Origin: an uncultured Gemmatimonadales bacterium
Lineage (GTDB): Bacteria > Gemmatimonadota > Gemmatimonadetes > Gemmatimonadales > Gemmatimonadaceae
NCBI GenBank assembly: GCA_963701965.1
Contig: OY969695.1
Location: 3,424,001-3,488,000 of the forward strand
Length of the DNA: 64,000 nucleotides
Reading direction: 5' to 3'
This document shows, piece by piece, positions 8,582 to 18,594 of the stretch. The notes under the pieces were generated by a model. It saw only the letters and a list, made by a program, of their open reading frames with translations, was not told the DNA's origin and did no database searches. Numbering within the stretch: position 1 is the stretch's first letter; each line of letters starts with the position of its first letter. Position numbers and translations under genes: made by a program.

Positions 8582-11400
8582 GCGAGGTGGTTCCAGTTCG
8601 CCATGGCGTTGAGCACCATGGCGAACGTCCCCTGCGATTCCCACCGCCACAACGGGCGGATGCCGAACGCGACAACGTGGCCCTTGCCGACCGGTGCGTC
8701 GACAAGGGCCGCTTTGCCGACAAGCTCCGGCGCGCCGACGAGTTGTCCCGACAGCAGCAGCGAGTCAGGGCGCGGGAAATAACGCAAGATCACGCGGGCC
8801 CGCCGGGCTTCCGCTTCCCGCAAGAACGTCGAATCCACGTCCGACGTCACGGCCAGCGTGTCTCGCGGCACGACGGTCAGCACGGGATCTCCCCCGAAGT
8901 ACACGGGGAAGCTCGCGGCGTCGTCGTAGCCGTACAGGATCGGACTGCCCTTCGCCACCTCCTGCACTTTCACGATCGAGCCCTGGACCCGCAAGGCGCG
9001 GCGCTCGACCGCCTGCATCGTCGGGTTCAATCCCAACGCGACGGCGAACGCGCTCGTCGACCCCTCCGTGATCAGCAGGCCGCCGCGCTCCACGAACGCG
9101 CGCAACGCCTCGGCGCCATCCAAACCCATGCCGGGCCGGACATCGTCCGTCGCATCCCACAACCCGAGGTTGGGCGTCGCCACCGTCTTCTTCCACGGCA
9201 CCGGCGGCCCGATCATCGGCCGCCCGTTCAATAGCGACGTCATCGGCGCGCCGACGTGCGGGAACACGATGACGTCGAATTTGTCCAACGCGCCAGGCTT
9301 GTGCAGCGATTGGTCGGCGATCGACGTGAATGGCACGCCCATCTGATCGAACGCAAATCGCACCCAACCCTCGTTTTGGGTCTCGAGCCACGTATGCAAG
9401 ATCGCGATACGCGGCAGCGTGATCGCGTGCGTCCTGACGGATGGCGCCGTCGCGGTCGCGACCGCTGCCAAGCCCAGGCCCACGACATCCTGTTTGGAAC
9501 CGCCTTGTATCATGAAAGTGCCAGCAGGGTACTGCTGATCGCCAACCGTGAACGAGGTGTCGGCGACCGCGAAGCGGGCGCCAGGCACCTTCCACGGCAA
9601 CGCCGCGGCCCGCCAATCGCCGGTGTTCCGCACGACCAGCGTGGCGCCGTCGCCCGTCACGTTGCCGGCCGGGACGGCATCGCGATCCAGCGGCGTCATG
9701 GCCGCAGCCAGTACGCTGGAATCGGCAATGGGATGCGCAATGACGTGCCGCAACAAGTCCATGGTCCAGCCGGTATCGTCGTACGGCGGCGGCTCCTGGG
9801 CCCCGAACTTCTGCGAGGCCAGCAGCGTGCGCACGGTGCCGGTGTACGGCTGATCCATGCGGACGATCCAGTCGCCACGGTGCACCGTGAGCGGCTTGGG
9901 TGCCGTGGGAGGCGGCGCGCTGTCGCCCGGCAACCGCGCGACGGTGTTGGAATCGCGCGGCGCCAGGTTCGATCCGAGGTCGACGGGCCGGGGCGCGATG
10001 TGCGTCGCGAAGTCGGACGACGCGACCTGGATCTCGGCGCCCTGCGCCCGGAACAAATTGACCAGCGCCGCAGCTTCGCCTGTATGCCGCTGATCGTGGG
10101 GGATCACCCAGGCGTACGGCGCGCTGGTCTGTCCCCGGCGGATGGTCCGCTCGACTTTGGCGGCGTAGTTGGTGAGAAAGGTCTCTTTGTTGTCGGCGAC
10201 GTACTTGAGCGCGATGAGAAGTCCCGACTCTTGATAGTTGATATTGGACCGAATGCACCACTTCACGCCGTTGACCGGCGGGTTGGACCGATCCCACCGG
10301 CGGTCGGTCGCGTCATTGCCCAGGTGCACAATGTGGCAGTCGGCGCCCATCGACGTATAGGTCTCGTAGAATCGGCCGATCGAGTTGTGCAGGCTGGCCA
10401 CGGAGAGGATCGTGTAGTTCGGGGCCCATCCGTCATAGTACCCGTGAGTCCACACGCCCGGCAGCCCGCGCCGCGTGAGCTCCGTCATCTCCTGATACGC
10501 GAGCGTGTGCAGCTCATCGACCAGGATGGGGTCGAACTCGTCGTTGTACGGACCCGTGCCCGTGCTCGTGTACAGGAACGGCACCGACTCGTGGAGGTCG
10601 TGCGCGATCTGCGGGTGCCACTCCAGGAACGTCTTCACCACGTTCTGCGTGAGCTTCTGCGACACGACCATGGCGTCGCGATTGTTGTCGTGCGCCGTGT
10701 ACTTGCCCCAGTACACGAGCGGCACACCGCGCTCGCCCACCTTGAGCGCGCGCGACTCCATCATCACGTCCACGGCGCGGTCGCGCCCGTCGGTCTCCAG
10801 CACGGGCGTCATGAGCGTGATCACCCCGCGCCGGATCGCCTGCACGTGCGGGGACTCATCGACGGCCAGACGATAGGCCAACTCCATCAGCATCTCGGGA
10901 CTGCCGGTCTCCGGGGAGTGGATCGAGCCGGTCATCCAGTAGATCGGCTTCGCCTCGCGGATCAGCCGCGCGCGCTCGTCGGCGCTCAACCCCCGCGTGT
11001 CGGACAGCCGCGCGATCTTCGCCTTGTAGTCATCGAGCGCCGCAATGGTCTGCTCGTCGCTGATGGCGACGGCCAGCATCTCGCGCCCCTCGTCGCTCAT
11101 CCCGGCCGAGAAGACCTTGACCCGGGGCGACGCGGCGGCCAACGCGCGAAAGTACTTGTTGATCTCGGCCACGTGGGACAGGCGTCCGACGGTGCCTGGC
11201 ACATAGCCGAGGACTTTGAGGGGCGTTGGGACCGTGGCCGACGCCGGCAGATAGTCGACGAACTCCGTCGAGAACTTCCATTTCGGATCGGTCGGCGTGA
11301 GCTCGCGAATGGCCCGCGTGTACGCCGAGTCGATCGGCTGTTGGGCGAGGAGTGGGGTACTAGCGAGCGTGAGCAGCGCGGCGATATTATGGAGTTTCAT
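8569..11400 (-). CDS. M14 family zinc carboxypeptidase (secreted)
   Basis: 943 aa with signal peptide, GSIHSPE, HDNNRD and DLHE zinc-ligand motifs. Confidence 0.88.
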   Translation of the reverse strand: MKLHNIAALLTLASTPLLAQQPIDSAYTRAIRELTPTDPKWKFSTEFVDYLPASATVPTPLKVLGYVPGTVGRLSHVAEINKYFRALAAASPRVKVFSAGMSDEGREMLAVAISDEQTIAALDDYKAKIARLSDTRGLSADERARLIREAKPIYWMTGSIHSPETGSPEMLMELAYRLAVDESPHVQAIRRGVITLMTPVLETDGRDRAVDVMMESRALKVGERGVPLVYWGKYTAHDNNRDAMVVSQKLTQNVVKTFLEWHPQIAHDLHESVPFLYTSTGTGPYNDEFDPILVDELHTLAYQEMTELTRRGLPGVWTHGYYDGWAPNYTILSVASLHNSIGRFYETYTSMGADCHIVHLGNDATDRRWDRSNPPVNGVKWCIRSNINYQESGLLIALKYVADNKETFLTNYAAKVERTIRRGQTSAPYAWVIPHDQRHTGEAAALVNLFRAQGAEIQVASSDFATHIAPRPVDLGSNLAPRDSNTVARLPGDSAPPPTAPKPLTVHRGDWIVRMDQPYTGTVRTLLASQKFGAQEPPPYDDTGWTMDLLRHVIAHPIADSSVLAAAMTPLDRDAVPAGNVTGDGATLVVRNTGDWRAAALPWKVPGARFAVADTSFTVGDQQYPAGTFMIQGGSKQDVVGLGLAAVATATAPSVRTHAITLPRIAILHTWLETQNEGWVRFAFDQMGVPFTSIADQSLHKPGALDKFDVIVFPHVGAPMTSLLNGRPMIGPPVPWKKTVATPNLGLWDATDDVRPGMGLDGAEALRAFVERGGLLITEGSTSAFAVALGLNPTMQAVERRALRVQGSIVKVQEVAKGSPILYGYDDAASFPVYFGGDPVLTVVPRDTLAVTSDVDSTFLREAEARRARVILRYFPRPDSLLLSGQLVGAPELVGKAALVDAPVGKGHVVAFGIRPLWRWESQGTFAMVLNAMANWNHLAQNP

Positions 11401-11424
11401 ACCCGACTATACGCCGTCTCGGTC

Positions 11425-12852
11425 ATGAACGCTACGCGCGTGCTTTTGGCATCGCTGGCACTGGGCCTCCTGCCCGGGTGCAGTGGGCACAGCATGCACG
11501 CTTGTGTGTTGCTGCGGATCGCCGAGATGGGCCGCTGCGGTTTCGTTCGAGTCTACGAGAACCGCGCCCGTGCCGCGGGCCGGCAGATCGATCTCCGCGT
11601 GGTTGTCCTCCGCGCCCGCGGGCGCGAGGTGCTGCCCGACCCGATCGTCTTTCTCACCGGTGGGCCGGGCCTGGGAGCCGCCGAGGACGTCCGCTTCGCC
11701 GCGCGCGCCTTTCGCGCCTTCCGGCGCTACCAGGACGTGGTCTTGGTCGACCAACGCGGGACGGGACGCTCGGCGCCGCTCGACTGCGATCTGTACGGCG
11801 GTGGCGGCCTGCAGCCGTATCTCGATCCGACATTTCCCGCGCCACGCGTGAACGCCTGTCTCCATAAGCTCGAGGGTCGCCTGGATCCCGGCGCAGCCGG
11901 GATCAGTTCAACCGACACGGGATCTCGCGACGCGGAGCGTCACCGAGATCTGACGCAGTACACGACGGCCGTGGCGATGGACGACCTGGCCCAAGTCTTG
12001 ACGACCCTGGGCTACGGACAGGCCGATATCATCGGGGTCTCCTACGGCACCCGCGCCGCGCTCGTCTTTCTGCGCCGTCACCCGGACCGAGTGCGCACGG
12101 TGACCGCCGTGAGCGTGGTCCCGCCGGGCAAGCCGATCATGCTCGCCGCGCCGCGTGCCACGGCGCGGGCGCTCGCGGCGGCGGGCGCTAGCCAGGAAAT
12201 CGACACGCTCATGGCGCGCCTCCGTCGGGCGCCGGTCAGGGTGACGCTCTGGAATTGGCGCCGCCTCCGCCGGGAGACGGTCACGATCGGCCCGCGGGGT
12301 TTCGCCGAGCGCGTGTTCTCGTTGTTCTACAGCGCGTCCAGCGGGCGTCACGTCGTGCCCCTCCTGCGTCAGGCCATCGCCGGCGACTGGACCCCGTTCG
12401 CCCGGGTGGCGCTCGCCGAGAGTCGCGCCCGCCGGAGCGACCGGAGCGTGGGCATGACGCTCTCCGTCCTCTGCGCCGAGGACGCGCCGCGCTTCGCGGG
12501 TGTAGACACGGCAGCGCTCGCGGCGCAAAGCCCCCTGGGTCTCCCCGTAGCTGGAGAGCTATTGACCGCCTGCGCCGACTGGCCGCGAGGCCCGGTCGAT
12601 AGCGCGCCCTCCGGACTGACGCCACCCGTCCTCTTCGTGTCCGGCGCGCTCGATCCGGCCACCCCTCCCGAATGGGCTGACTCCGTCTCAGCGCAGCTCC
12701 CCAACAGCGCGACGATCGTCGTCCCCGGCGCCGGTCACTCGCCGGGCAATGAGGCGACGCTCGACCGCATCGCGTCCTTCGTGCGCAGTGCCCATATTCC
12801 GGAATGCCGGACCCCAGAGTCCTGCACGAGCAGGCCGAACGCGACAAAGTAA
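11425..12852 (+). CDS. Alpha/beta hydrolase (TAP-like/S33 peptidase), probable lipoprotein
   Basis: C-terminal part of ORF 9256..12852. ATG at 11425, lipobox-like LLPGC, FLTGGPG, DQRGTG, GVSYG nucleophile, DPATP, PGAGH. Confidence 0.85.
   Translation: MNATRVLLASLALGLLPGCSGHSMHACVLLRIAEMGRCGFVRVYENRARAAGRQIDLRVVVLRARGREVLPDPIVFLTGGPGLGAAEDVRFAARAFRAFRRYQDVVLVDQRGTGRSAPLDCDLYGGGGLQPYLDPTFPAPRVNACLHKLEGRLDPGAAGISSTDTGSRDAERHRDLTQYTTAVAMDDLAQVLTTLGYGQADIIGVSYGTRAALVFLRRHPDRVRTVTAVSVVPPGKPIMLAAPRATARALAAAGASQEIDTLMARLRRAPVRVTLWNWRRLRRETVTIGPRGFAERVFSLFYSASSGRHVVPLLRQAIAGDWTPFARVALAESRARRSDRSVGMTLSVLCAEDAPRFAGVDTAALAAQSPLGLPVAGELLTACADWPRGPVDSAPSGLTPPVLFVSGALDPATPPEWADSVSAQLPNSATIVVPGAGHSPGNEATLDRIASFVRSAHIPECRTPESCTSRPNATK
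11884..11950 (+). repeat. Twin-hairpin repeat, copy 2 (63-bp in-frame insertion in the hydrolase gene)
   Basis: GATCCCGGC-GCA-GCCGGGATC, AGTTCAACCGAC, GATCTCG...CGAGATC. Terminal GATCs are 63 bp apart. Confidence 0.8.
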
Positions 12853-13049
12853 AGAGCCTGACCCTGACGGCCATGGCCTGTCTGGGATGGTGCGCGCTCG
12901 GAATCTTTTGCCTGGGATGGTCGATGCACACGACCGACATGATGCTGGGCAGGGCGGCGTTCTGTGCCGGCGTCGGGATCGGCAACGGCGGTATTCTCTT
13001 CACCCTCCTCCACGCCTATCGGAAAGGCGAGCGACGCGGAGATTGGTAG
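12804..13049 (+). CDS. Small membrane protein (two hydrophobic segments)
   Basis: 81 aa, two TM-like stretches, fills the gap before the acetamidase gene (stop 2 bp before its ATG). Confidence 0.6.
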   Translation: MPDPRVLHEQAERDKVKSLTLTAMACLGWCALGIFCLGWSMHTTDMMLGRAAFCAGVGIGNGGILFTLLHAYRKGERRGDW

Positions 13050-13051
13050 AC

Positions 13052-14065
13052 ATGAAACTCCTGACCGTCCTCCTCGTCGCGCCGGCCCTCGTCGCGGCAC
13101 AGACTGGGCACGCACCAACGGTGCATCATCTGGCCGCGACGCCGGAGACCGTCGCCTGGGGCTACTATTGGTCCCAAGCCAAGCCGGCGATCCGCGTGCC
13201 ATCGGGCGACATCGTCGAAGTCGAGACCCTGCTCACATCGACGCCGGACCGGCTGGAAGGTGCGGGCGTAAAGCCCGCGGACGTCCAGCAGTCGCTCCGC
13301 GACATCACGACGAAGGTGACCGACAAGGGGCCGGGCGGCCACATCCTCACGGGCCCGGTCTACGTCGAGGGCGCCGAGCCGGGTGACGTGCTCGAGGTGC
13401 GTATCCTGTCGATTCGCCCGGCGATCGGCTACGGGTACAACGGCTGCCACGGGTTTCTGCCGGACAATTGCACGAATCCCGGCGGGATGCGGATCATCCC
13501 GCTCGACACCGTGCACATGGTCGCCTCCCTCGGCCCCGGCATATCCATTCCGTTGCATCCGTTCTTCGGGAGCATGGGCGATGCGCCGCCGCCGGACTCC
13601 GGTCGCCTCTCCAGCAACCCGCCGGGGACGCACGCCGGCAACATGGACAACAAGTACCTCGTGGCGGGGACGACGTTGTTCATTCCCGTGCACGTCGCGG
13701 GCGCGCTGTTCGAGATCGGCGACGGCCACATGGCCCAGGGCGACGGCGAAGTCGATCAGACGGCGATCGAGACGTCGCTCGTGGGCCGCGTCCAGCTCAT
13801 CGTCCGCAAGGACATGCATTTGACCTGGCCGCGCGCCGAGACGCCGGCGTACTGGATCACGATGGGGATGGACAAGGATCTGACGCAGGCCACGCGCGTC
13901 GCCGTGCAGGAGATGGTCGGGTTCATCGGCGGGAAATGGGGATTGTCGCCGATGGAGTCCTATCGGCTCGCCAGCGTGGCGGCCGATCTCCACATCACGG
14001 AGCTGGTCGACGGCAACGTCGGCGTGCACATGATGCTGCCCAAAGCGATCTTCGCGAAGCAGTAG
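13052..14065 (+). CDS. Acetamidase/formamidase family protein
   Basis: Signal peptide, GHILTGPVYVEGAEPGD, GNMDNK, GDGHMAQGDGEV motifs. Confidence 0.9.
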   Translation: MKLLTVLLVAPALVAAQTGHAPTVHHLAATPETVAWGYYWSQAKPAIRVPSGDIVEVETLLTSTPDRLEGAGVKPADVQQSLRDITTKVTDKGPGGHILTGPVYVEGAEPGDVLEVRILSIRPAIGYGYNGCHGFLPDNCTNPGGMRIIPLDTVHMVASLGPGISIPLHPFFGSMGDAPPPDSGRLSSNPPGTHAGNMDNKYLVAGTTLFIPVHVAGALFEIGDGHMAQGDGEVDQTAIETSLVGRVQLIVRKDMHLTWPRAETPAYWITMGMDKDLTQATRVAVQEMVGFIGGKWGLSPMESYRLASVAADLHITELVDGNVGVHMMLPKAIFAKQ

Positions 14066-14081
14066 CGCCGCGGGCGCCGCC

Positions 14082-14963
14082 ATGGCCTACAGCTTCCAGC
14101 TCCTGCGGGTCTTTGTTGCCGTGGCGCACCGCCAGAGCTTCACCCGGGCGGCCGCGCAGATGGGGCTGACGCAGCCCGGCGTATCGAAAGGCATTCGGGA
14201 ATTGGAGCGCCAGGCCGGGATGCGGTTGGTGGAGCGCACCCCGACCGGCGTTCGTCTGACCGACGCCGGGAACGTGCTGCTGGTACACGCGCGCGCCATT
14301 CTTGCCGAGGAGCGCGCCGCCGAGGACGCGATGCTATCGATGCGCGGGTTGGGGCGCGGATCCCTGCGCATCGGCGCCAGCCCCACGATCGCGACGTATC
14401 TCCTGCCCTCGTACGTGCAGGAGTTCAGCGCCCGGCATCCGGCGATCGATCTGCATCTCCAGACGGCGCCCTCCCGCGCGGTGGCCACCGCGCTCCTGGA
14501 ACGCGATCTCGACGTCGGGCTGATCGAGGCGGCGGTGCCGGACGATCCGCGGCTCAAGCTCATGCCCTGGCGCGAGGATGAGCTGGTGGTGATTGCGGCG
14601 CCGGGGCACCGGCTGGCGCCGCAAGCGCCGATCCCCATCGCCGCGTTGGCGGGGGAGATGATGGTGCTGCGGGAGCCGGGGTCGGGCACGCGCAAGGTCG
14701 TGCTCGACGTCCTCGCGCAGCACGGCATCACGCCGCAGCGGGTGATGGACGCCGACAGCGTCGAGGCCATCAAGCGCATCGTCGCCGCCGGTCTCGGGCT
14801 CTCCATCGTGTCGCGCGCCGCCATCGAGGACATGCTGGCGCTGCGACGGCTCGTCGTGTTGGAGATGACCGATGTCCGCATCACGCGGCCGTTGAGTCGG
14901 CTCGCGCTCAAGCGGGGTCAGACCGCCGCGGCCCGCGCTTTTCTGGCGCTCATGCAACCGTGA
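14082..14963 (+). CDS. LysR family transcriptional regulator (CysL-like)
   Basis: N-terminal HTH (SFTRAA...TQPGVS) and substrate-binding domain with REPGSGTR. Confidence 0.92.
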   Translation: MAYSFQLLRVFVAVAHRQSFTRAAAQMGLTQPGVSKGIRELERQAGMRLVERTPTGVRLTDAGNVLLVHARAILAEERAAEDAMLSMRGLGRGSLRIGASPTIATYLLPSYVQEFSARHPAIDLHLQTAPSRAVATALLERDLDVGLIEAAVPDDPRLKLMPWREDELVVIAAPGHRLAPQAPIPIAALAGEMMVLREPGSGTRKVVLDVLAQHGITPQRVMDADSVEAIKRIVAAGLGLSIVSRAAIEDMLALRRLVVLEMTDVRITRPLSRLALKRGQTAAARAFLALMQP

Positions 14964-15312
14964 CGCTCACCAAGAGCACGGCCAACACCACGGCGCTGAT
15001 CGCCGTGTAGAGGCGGTCGCGCTCCCAGGCGAACGCCACGACGAGGAGCGCCACCCGCGTGATGGGTGTGGCGACGAGCACCAGGATGCCCAGTTGAAGC
15101 AGCGCCGCTCCGTCGAATGCGAGCACGCCGTGGGCGATGGTCGGGATGTTCCAACTGGCGGCCTCGCCCCGAAACGCGTGGTAGTCGACGGGTGCCGTTC
15201 CGTGCTGGGCGAAGTACACGCAGCCCCCGAGGACCGCGATGCCCGCGGCGAGCAGCACGCCGGCCCGCAGCATGCCCCCGACGATCCGCTCGACGCGCGA
15301 GTCGTCGGTCAC
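14950..15312 (-). CDS. DUF1634 family membrane protein
   Basis: GTG overlaps the TauE stop. LLQLGILVLVATPITRV...ERDRLY pattern; usual partner of TauE. Confidence 0.8.
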   Translation of the reverse strand: MTDDSRVERIVGGMLRAGVLLAAGIAVLGGCVYFAQHGTAPVDYHAFRGEAASWNIPTIAHGVLAFDGAALLQLGILVLVATPITRVALLVVAFAWERDRLYTAISAVVLAVLLVSVTVA

Positions 15313-16145
15313 ACGCCGCCCCAGATGCCCTTGACGATCATCTCTAGAGCGGTCGCGCCGAGGACTACGGTGAAGATCCGCCGCAGGATGCCGACCTGCG
15401 CGCGCTGCAGCAGGCGGGCGCCGAGCATCGCGCCGATCAGGACACCGAGCATCACGGGGCAGGCCAGGGCCGGATCGATGTAGCCGTGGCGCACGTAGAT
15501 GCCGGCGCTGGCAGCCGCCGTCACGCCGATCATGAAGTTGCTGGTCGTCGTCGAGACCTTGAACGGGATGCGCATGGCGCGGTCCATGGCCAGGACTTTG
15601 ACGGCGCCCGATCCCACGCCCAGAAGTCCCGAAAGCACGCCGGCGATCGCCATGAGCGAGAGGCCGGCCGGCACGTGTTGGACGGTATACGGCACGGGGC
15701 CGGCGGGGGTAGGTTGGAATCCACCGAGGCGCAAGCGTTCGGCGAGCGGGTCCGGCGGGCGCTCGGCCTGCGCGGTCGTGTCGGGTTGCGGCGCCCGGAT
15801 GGCCGAGTAAAGCAGCACGAGGCCGAACACCACGGAGATCGCGCGCGTCGAGACGTGGCTGGCGAGGACGGCGCCGCCGATGGCGCCGAGCGTCGTGGCG
15901 ATCTCGAGCAGGATCCCGACGCGCATGTTGGCGTACCCATCGCGCACGTACGTGGCGGCGGCGCCCGACAATGTGGCGATGACCGAGATGAGCGAGGCGC
16001 CAGCCGCGTACCGGAGATTGACGCCGAACACGAGCGTCAGGAGCGGGACCAGGATCACCCCGCCCCCGAGCCCCGTCAGCGCGCCCACGAGACCGGCCCC
16101 GACCGAACCACAGGCGACGAGGGCGGCGAACAAAGTCGCGGTCAC
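15309..16145 (-). CDS. Sulfite exporter TauE/SafE family protein
   Basis: GALTGLGGG, SGLLGVGSG and STTTSNFMIGVTA motifs, multiple TM helices, GTG start at 16145. Confidence 0.88.
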   Translation of the reverse strand: MTATLFAALVACGSVGAGLVGALTGLGGGVILVPLLTLVFGVNLRYAAGASLISVIATLSGAAATYVRDGYANMRVGILLEIATTLGAIGGAVLASHVSTRAISVVFGLVLLYSAIRAPQPDTTAQAERPPDPLAERLRLGGFQPTPAGPVPYTVQHVPAGLSLMAIAGVLSGLLGVGSGAVKVLAMDRAMRIPFKVSTTTSNFMIGVTAAASAGIYVRHGYIDPALACPVMLGVLIGAMLGARLLQRAQVGILRRIFTVVLGATALEMIVKGIWGGV

Positions 16146-16256
16146 GCGCGCATGGTACGTCCCGACGACGCCGTGCGCCATTGGGTGGCGGCGGCATGGG
16201 GACATGCCGTGGGGTTATCCCCCATCTATGACAAGCGCGTCCAGCCGACCGGCGCT

Positions 16257-16532
16257 CTACCCGACGACGATATCACGCTCCGCGGGGTGGCGTTCCAGCC
16301 ACGCTTTGACAAACCGGCATGTCGGCATGACCCGGAGCTTCTGGGCCCGCGCGTAGTCGAACGCCGCGCGGGCCAGCGCGGCCGCGGTGCCGTGCCCCCG
16401 CTCACTCTCCGGCACTTCCGTGTGCCGCAGGTCGATCGTCTTCTGATCCGGCCGCTCGTACGCCAGCTCCGCGTAGCCCCCGTCGAGGCGGATGAAGAAT
16501 CGCTGCCCCAGCGTGTCGTGCTCGACAGTCAT
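16257..16532 (-). CDS. Small GNAT N-acetyltransferase (YjdJ-like)
   Basis: HTEVPESERGHGTA and PTCRFV motifs, 91 aa. Confidence 0.85.
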   Translation of the reverse strand: MTVEHDTLGQRFFIRLDGGYAELAYERPDQKTIDLRHTEVPESERGHGTAAALARAAFDYARAQKLRVMPTCRFVKAWLERHPAERDIVVG

Positions 16533-17197
16533 GACGGAAGTATACCATGCACGCGATGGAGGATCGCGCGCACCTCTTCGTCGGTTACCTGCGGAAACTC
16601 CTCGTACCACGACCCCACGGCGTCGAACGGGTCGACGGAGATGGGACACACGACGTCGTCGGCGATCGGTCGCAGGAGTGCGACGGCCTCCGGCGCGCCG
16701 ACCGGCACCGCGATGACGATGCGCGCCGGTCCGAGTTGCCGGAGCGCGGTGGCGGCCGCGTACATGGTGGACCCCGTGGCCATCCCGTCGTCCACCAAGA
16801 TCGCGATGCGGCCGCGGACGTCGGGTGGCGGCGCGTCGTCGCGATACTCGTACGCGCGTCGTTCCAGCTCCCGGTGCTCGACCGCGGTGATGGCGTCGAC
16901 ATCGTCCGGCGTGAGCCGCGCGGCTACGATCACGTCACGATTGAGTACACGTGTCCCGCCGATGGCCAGCGCGCCAAACGCGTACTCCGGTTGTGCGGGC
17001 ACGCCCAGCTTGCGCACGAGCCATACGTCGAGCGGAAGTCCGAGCTCATCCGCAATGATCCCAGCCACGGGGACTCCGCCGCGCGGGAGCGCCAGCACAA
17101 TGGTGTCCGGGCGCCCCGCGTACACCGCGAGTCCCGCCGCGAGCACAGCGCCCGCCTCGCGCCGGTCATGGTAGCGAGTTGTCGGCGACGGCCACAT
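16529..17197 (-). CDS. Phosphoribosyltransferase family protein
   Basis: LALPRGGVPVA and PRPP-binding LVDDGMATGST. Confidence 0.9.
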   Translation of the reverse strand: MWPSPTTRYHDRREAGAVLAAGLAVYAGRPDTIVLALPRGGVPVAGIIADELGLPLDVWLVRKLGVPAQPEYAFGALAIGGTRVLNRDVIVAARLTPDDVDAITAVEHRELERRAYEYRDDAPPPDVRGRIAILVDDGMATGSTMYAAATALRQLGPARIVIAVPVGAPEAVALLRPIADDVVCPISVDPFDAVGSWYEEFPQVTDEEVRAILHRVHGILPS

Positions 17198-17209
17198 CCT
17201 ACATGCAGT

Positions 17210-17695
17210 ATGGCTGCCGAAGAGAGACTACGCGAGCACATCCTGGAGCTCCTGCGCGGTGGGCAAGCGCACGCGACGTTCGACGATGTCGTCGCCGATT
17301 TCCCCCCGGAATTGCGGGGCGTACGCCCCAATGCGCTGCCGTATTCGGCGTGGAAGCTCGTGGAGCACATCCGGATCGCCCAACGGGACATTCTCGACTA
17401 TAGCCGGGCCGCGCGCGATGCCTACGCCGCGCCCGCCTGGCCCGCCGGCTACTGGCCGGCGGCCAATGCCCCGCCGACGGCGACAGCGTGGGACGAGTCG
17501 ATCGCGACGATCCGGGCCGAGCGCGAGGAGATGGAGCAAATGGTCGCCGACCCATCGCGCGACCTGTTCGCGACCCTTCCCGCGTCGTCGGAGGGACACT
17601 CGCTGCTCCGCGAAGCGCTCCTCGTGGCCGACCACACGGCCTATCACGTCGGCGAGCTTGTTTTGTTACGCCGGATGCTGGGGAGCTGGGACTAG
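17210..17695 (+). CDS. DinB family protein
   Basis: LLRGGQAH, WKLVEHIRIAQ, DHTAYHVGE His motifs. ATG at 17210. Confidence 0.85.
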   Translation: MAAEERLREHILELLRGGQAHATFDDVVADFPPELRGVRPNALPYSAWKLVEHIRIAQRDILDYSRAARDAYAAPAWPAGYWPAANAPPTATAWDESIATIRAEREEMEQMVADPSRDLFATLPASSEGHSLLREALLVADHTAYHVGELVLLRRMLGSWD

Positions 17696-17706
17696 GCTGG
17701 GACTAG
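17685..17706 (+). repeat. 11-bp tandem duplication covering the DinB stop codon
   Basis: GCTGGGACTAG twice. Confidence 0.7.
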
Positions 17707-17742
17707 GCAAACGGGCGGCGGTCGGCCACTGTACACGGCGAC

Positions 17743-18585
17743 ATGACTAATCGAAACGATCTCATCAGCGCCGCCTTTGCGGCGGTGGCGGTCTTCGCGC
17801 CGCCGACCCACAAAGCGCCGGCCCCGATCCGGCTGTACGTGCTCGACTGCGGGCACATCGAAGCCGCGAGCGACTCGGTGTTTCATCCCCACACCAAGGG
17901 CGTGCCGCGCAAACTGGCCGATGGCTGCTACTTGATCGTGCACCCTAAGGGTACGCTCATGTGGGACACCGGTTTCCCCGACGCCCTGGCCGCCAAGGAG
18001 CCCGCCGGCATGACGACGGGCCCCTTCGTCGTGCACGTCACCAATCCGGTATCCGCCCAGCTCAAGGCGGCCGGGTTCGATCCCAATGCCATCACGTATC
18101 TCGGCATCTCCCACATGCACGGCGACCACGTCGGCAACGTCGCGCTCTTTCCCCGCGCCACGCTCCTCATCCAGAAAGAGGAGTTCGAGACGGCCATGGG
18201 CCCTAACGCCGCCAAGTACGGTCTCGACCCGTCCGGCTATGCCACGCTCAAGTCGAACCCCGTGAAGAAACTCGAAGGCGACTACAATGTCTTCGGCGAC
18301 GGCTCGGTGGTGATCAAGCGCACGGTCGGCCACACGGTCGGTCACCAGGCCCTGTTCGTCGAGCTGCCCAAGACCGGCAACATCCTGCTCTCGGGTGACA
18401 TGGCGCATTTCGCCGACAATTGGACGAACCGGCGCGTGCCGGCGTTCAACTACGACAGCGCCCAGACCGTGAAGAGCATGGTCGACATGGACGCATTCAT
18501 GAAGGCCCATCACGCCACGCTCTGGATCCAGCACGACGGACCGCAGAACGCGGCGCTCAAACACGCGCCGGCGTACTACGAGTAG
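17743..18585 (+). CDS. N-acyl homoserine lactonase family MBL-fold hydrolase
   Basis: WDTG, SHMHGDH, GHTVGH, SGD and C-terminal QHD motifs. Confidence 0.85.
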   Translation: MTNRNDLISAAFAAVAVFAPPTHKAPAPIRLYVLDCGHIEAASDSVFHPHTKGVPRKLADGCYLIVHPKGTLMWDTGFPDALAAKEPAGMTTGPFVVHVTNPVSAQLKAAGFDPNAITYLGISHMHGDHVGNVALFPRATLLIQKEEFETAMGPNAAKYGLDPSGYATLKSNPVKKLEGDYNVFGDGSVVIKRTVGHTVGHQALFVELPKTGNILLSGDMAHFADNWTNRRVPAFNYDSAQTVKSMVDMDAFMKAHHATLWIQHDGPQNAALKHAPAYYE

Positions 18586-18594
18586 TCGCGGGTG

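Noticed and set aside
9256..11424. N-terminal ~720 aa of the 1198-aa ORF
   Set aside because: Antisense to the M14 peptidase; the real hydrolase starts at 11425. Long shadow ORFs are expected at this GC content.
16214..16232. GTTAT-N9-ATGAC as a LysR box upstream of tauE
   Set aside because: Plausible, but too short and imperfect to support from sequence alone.
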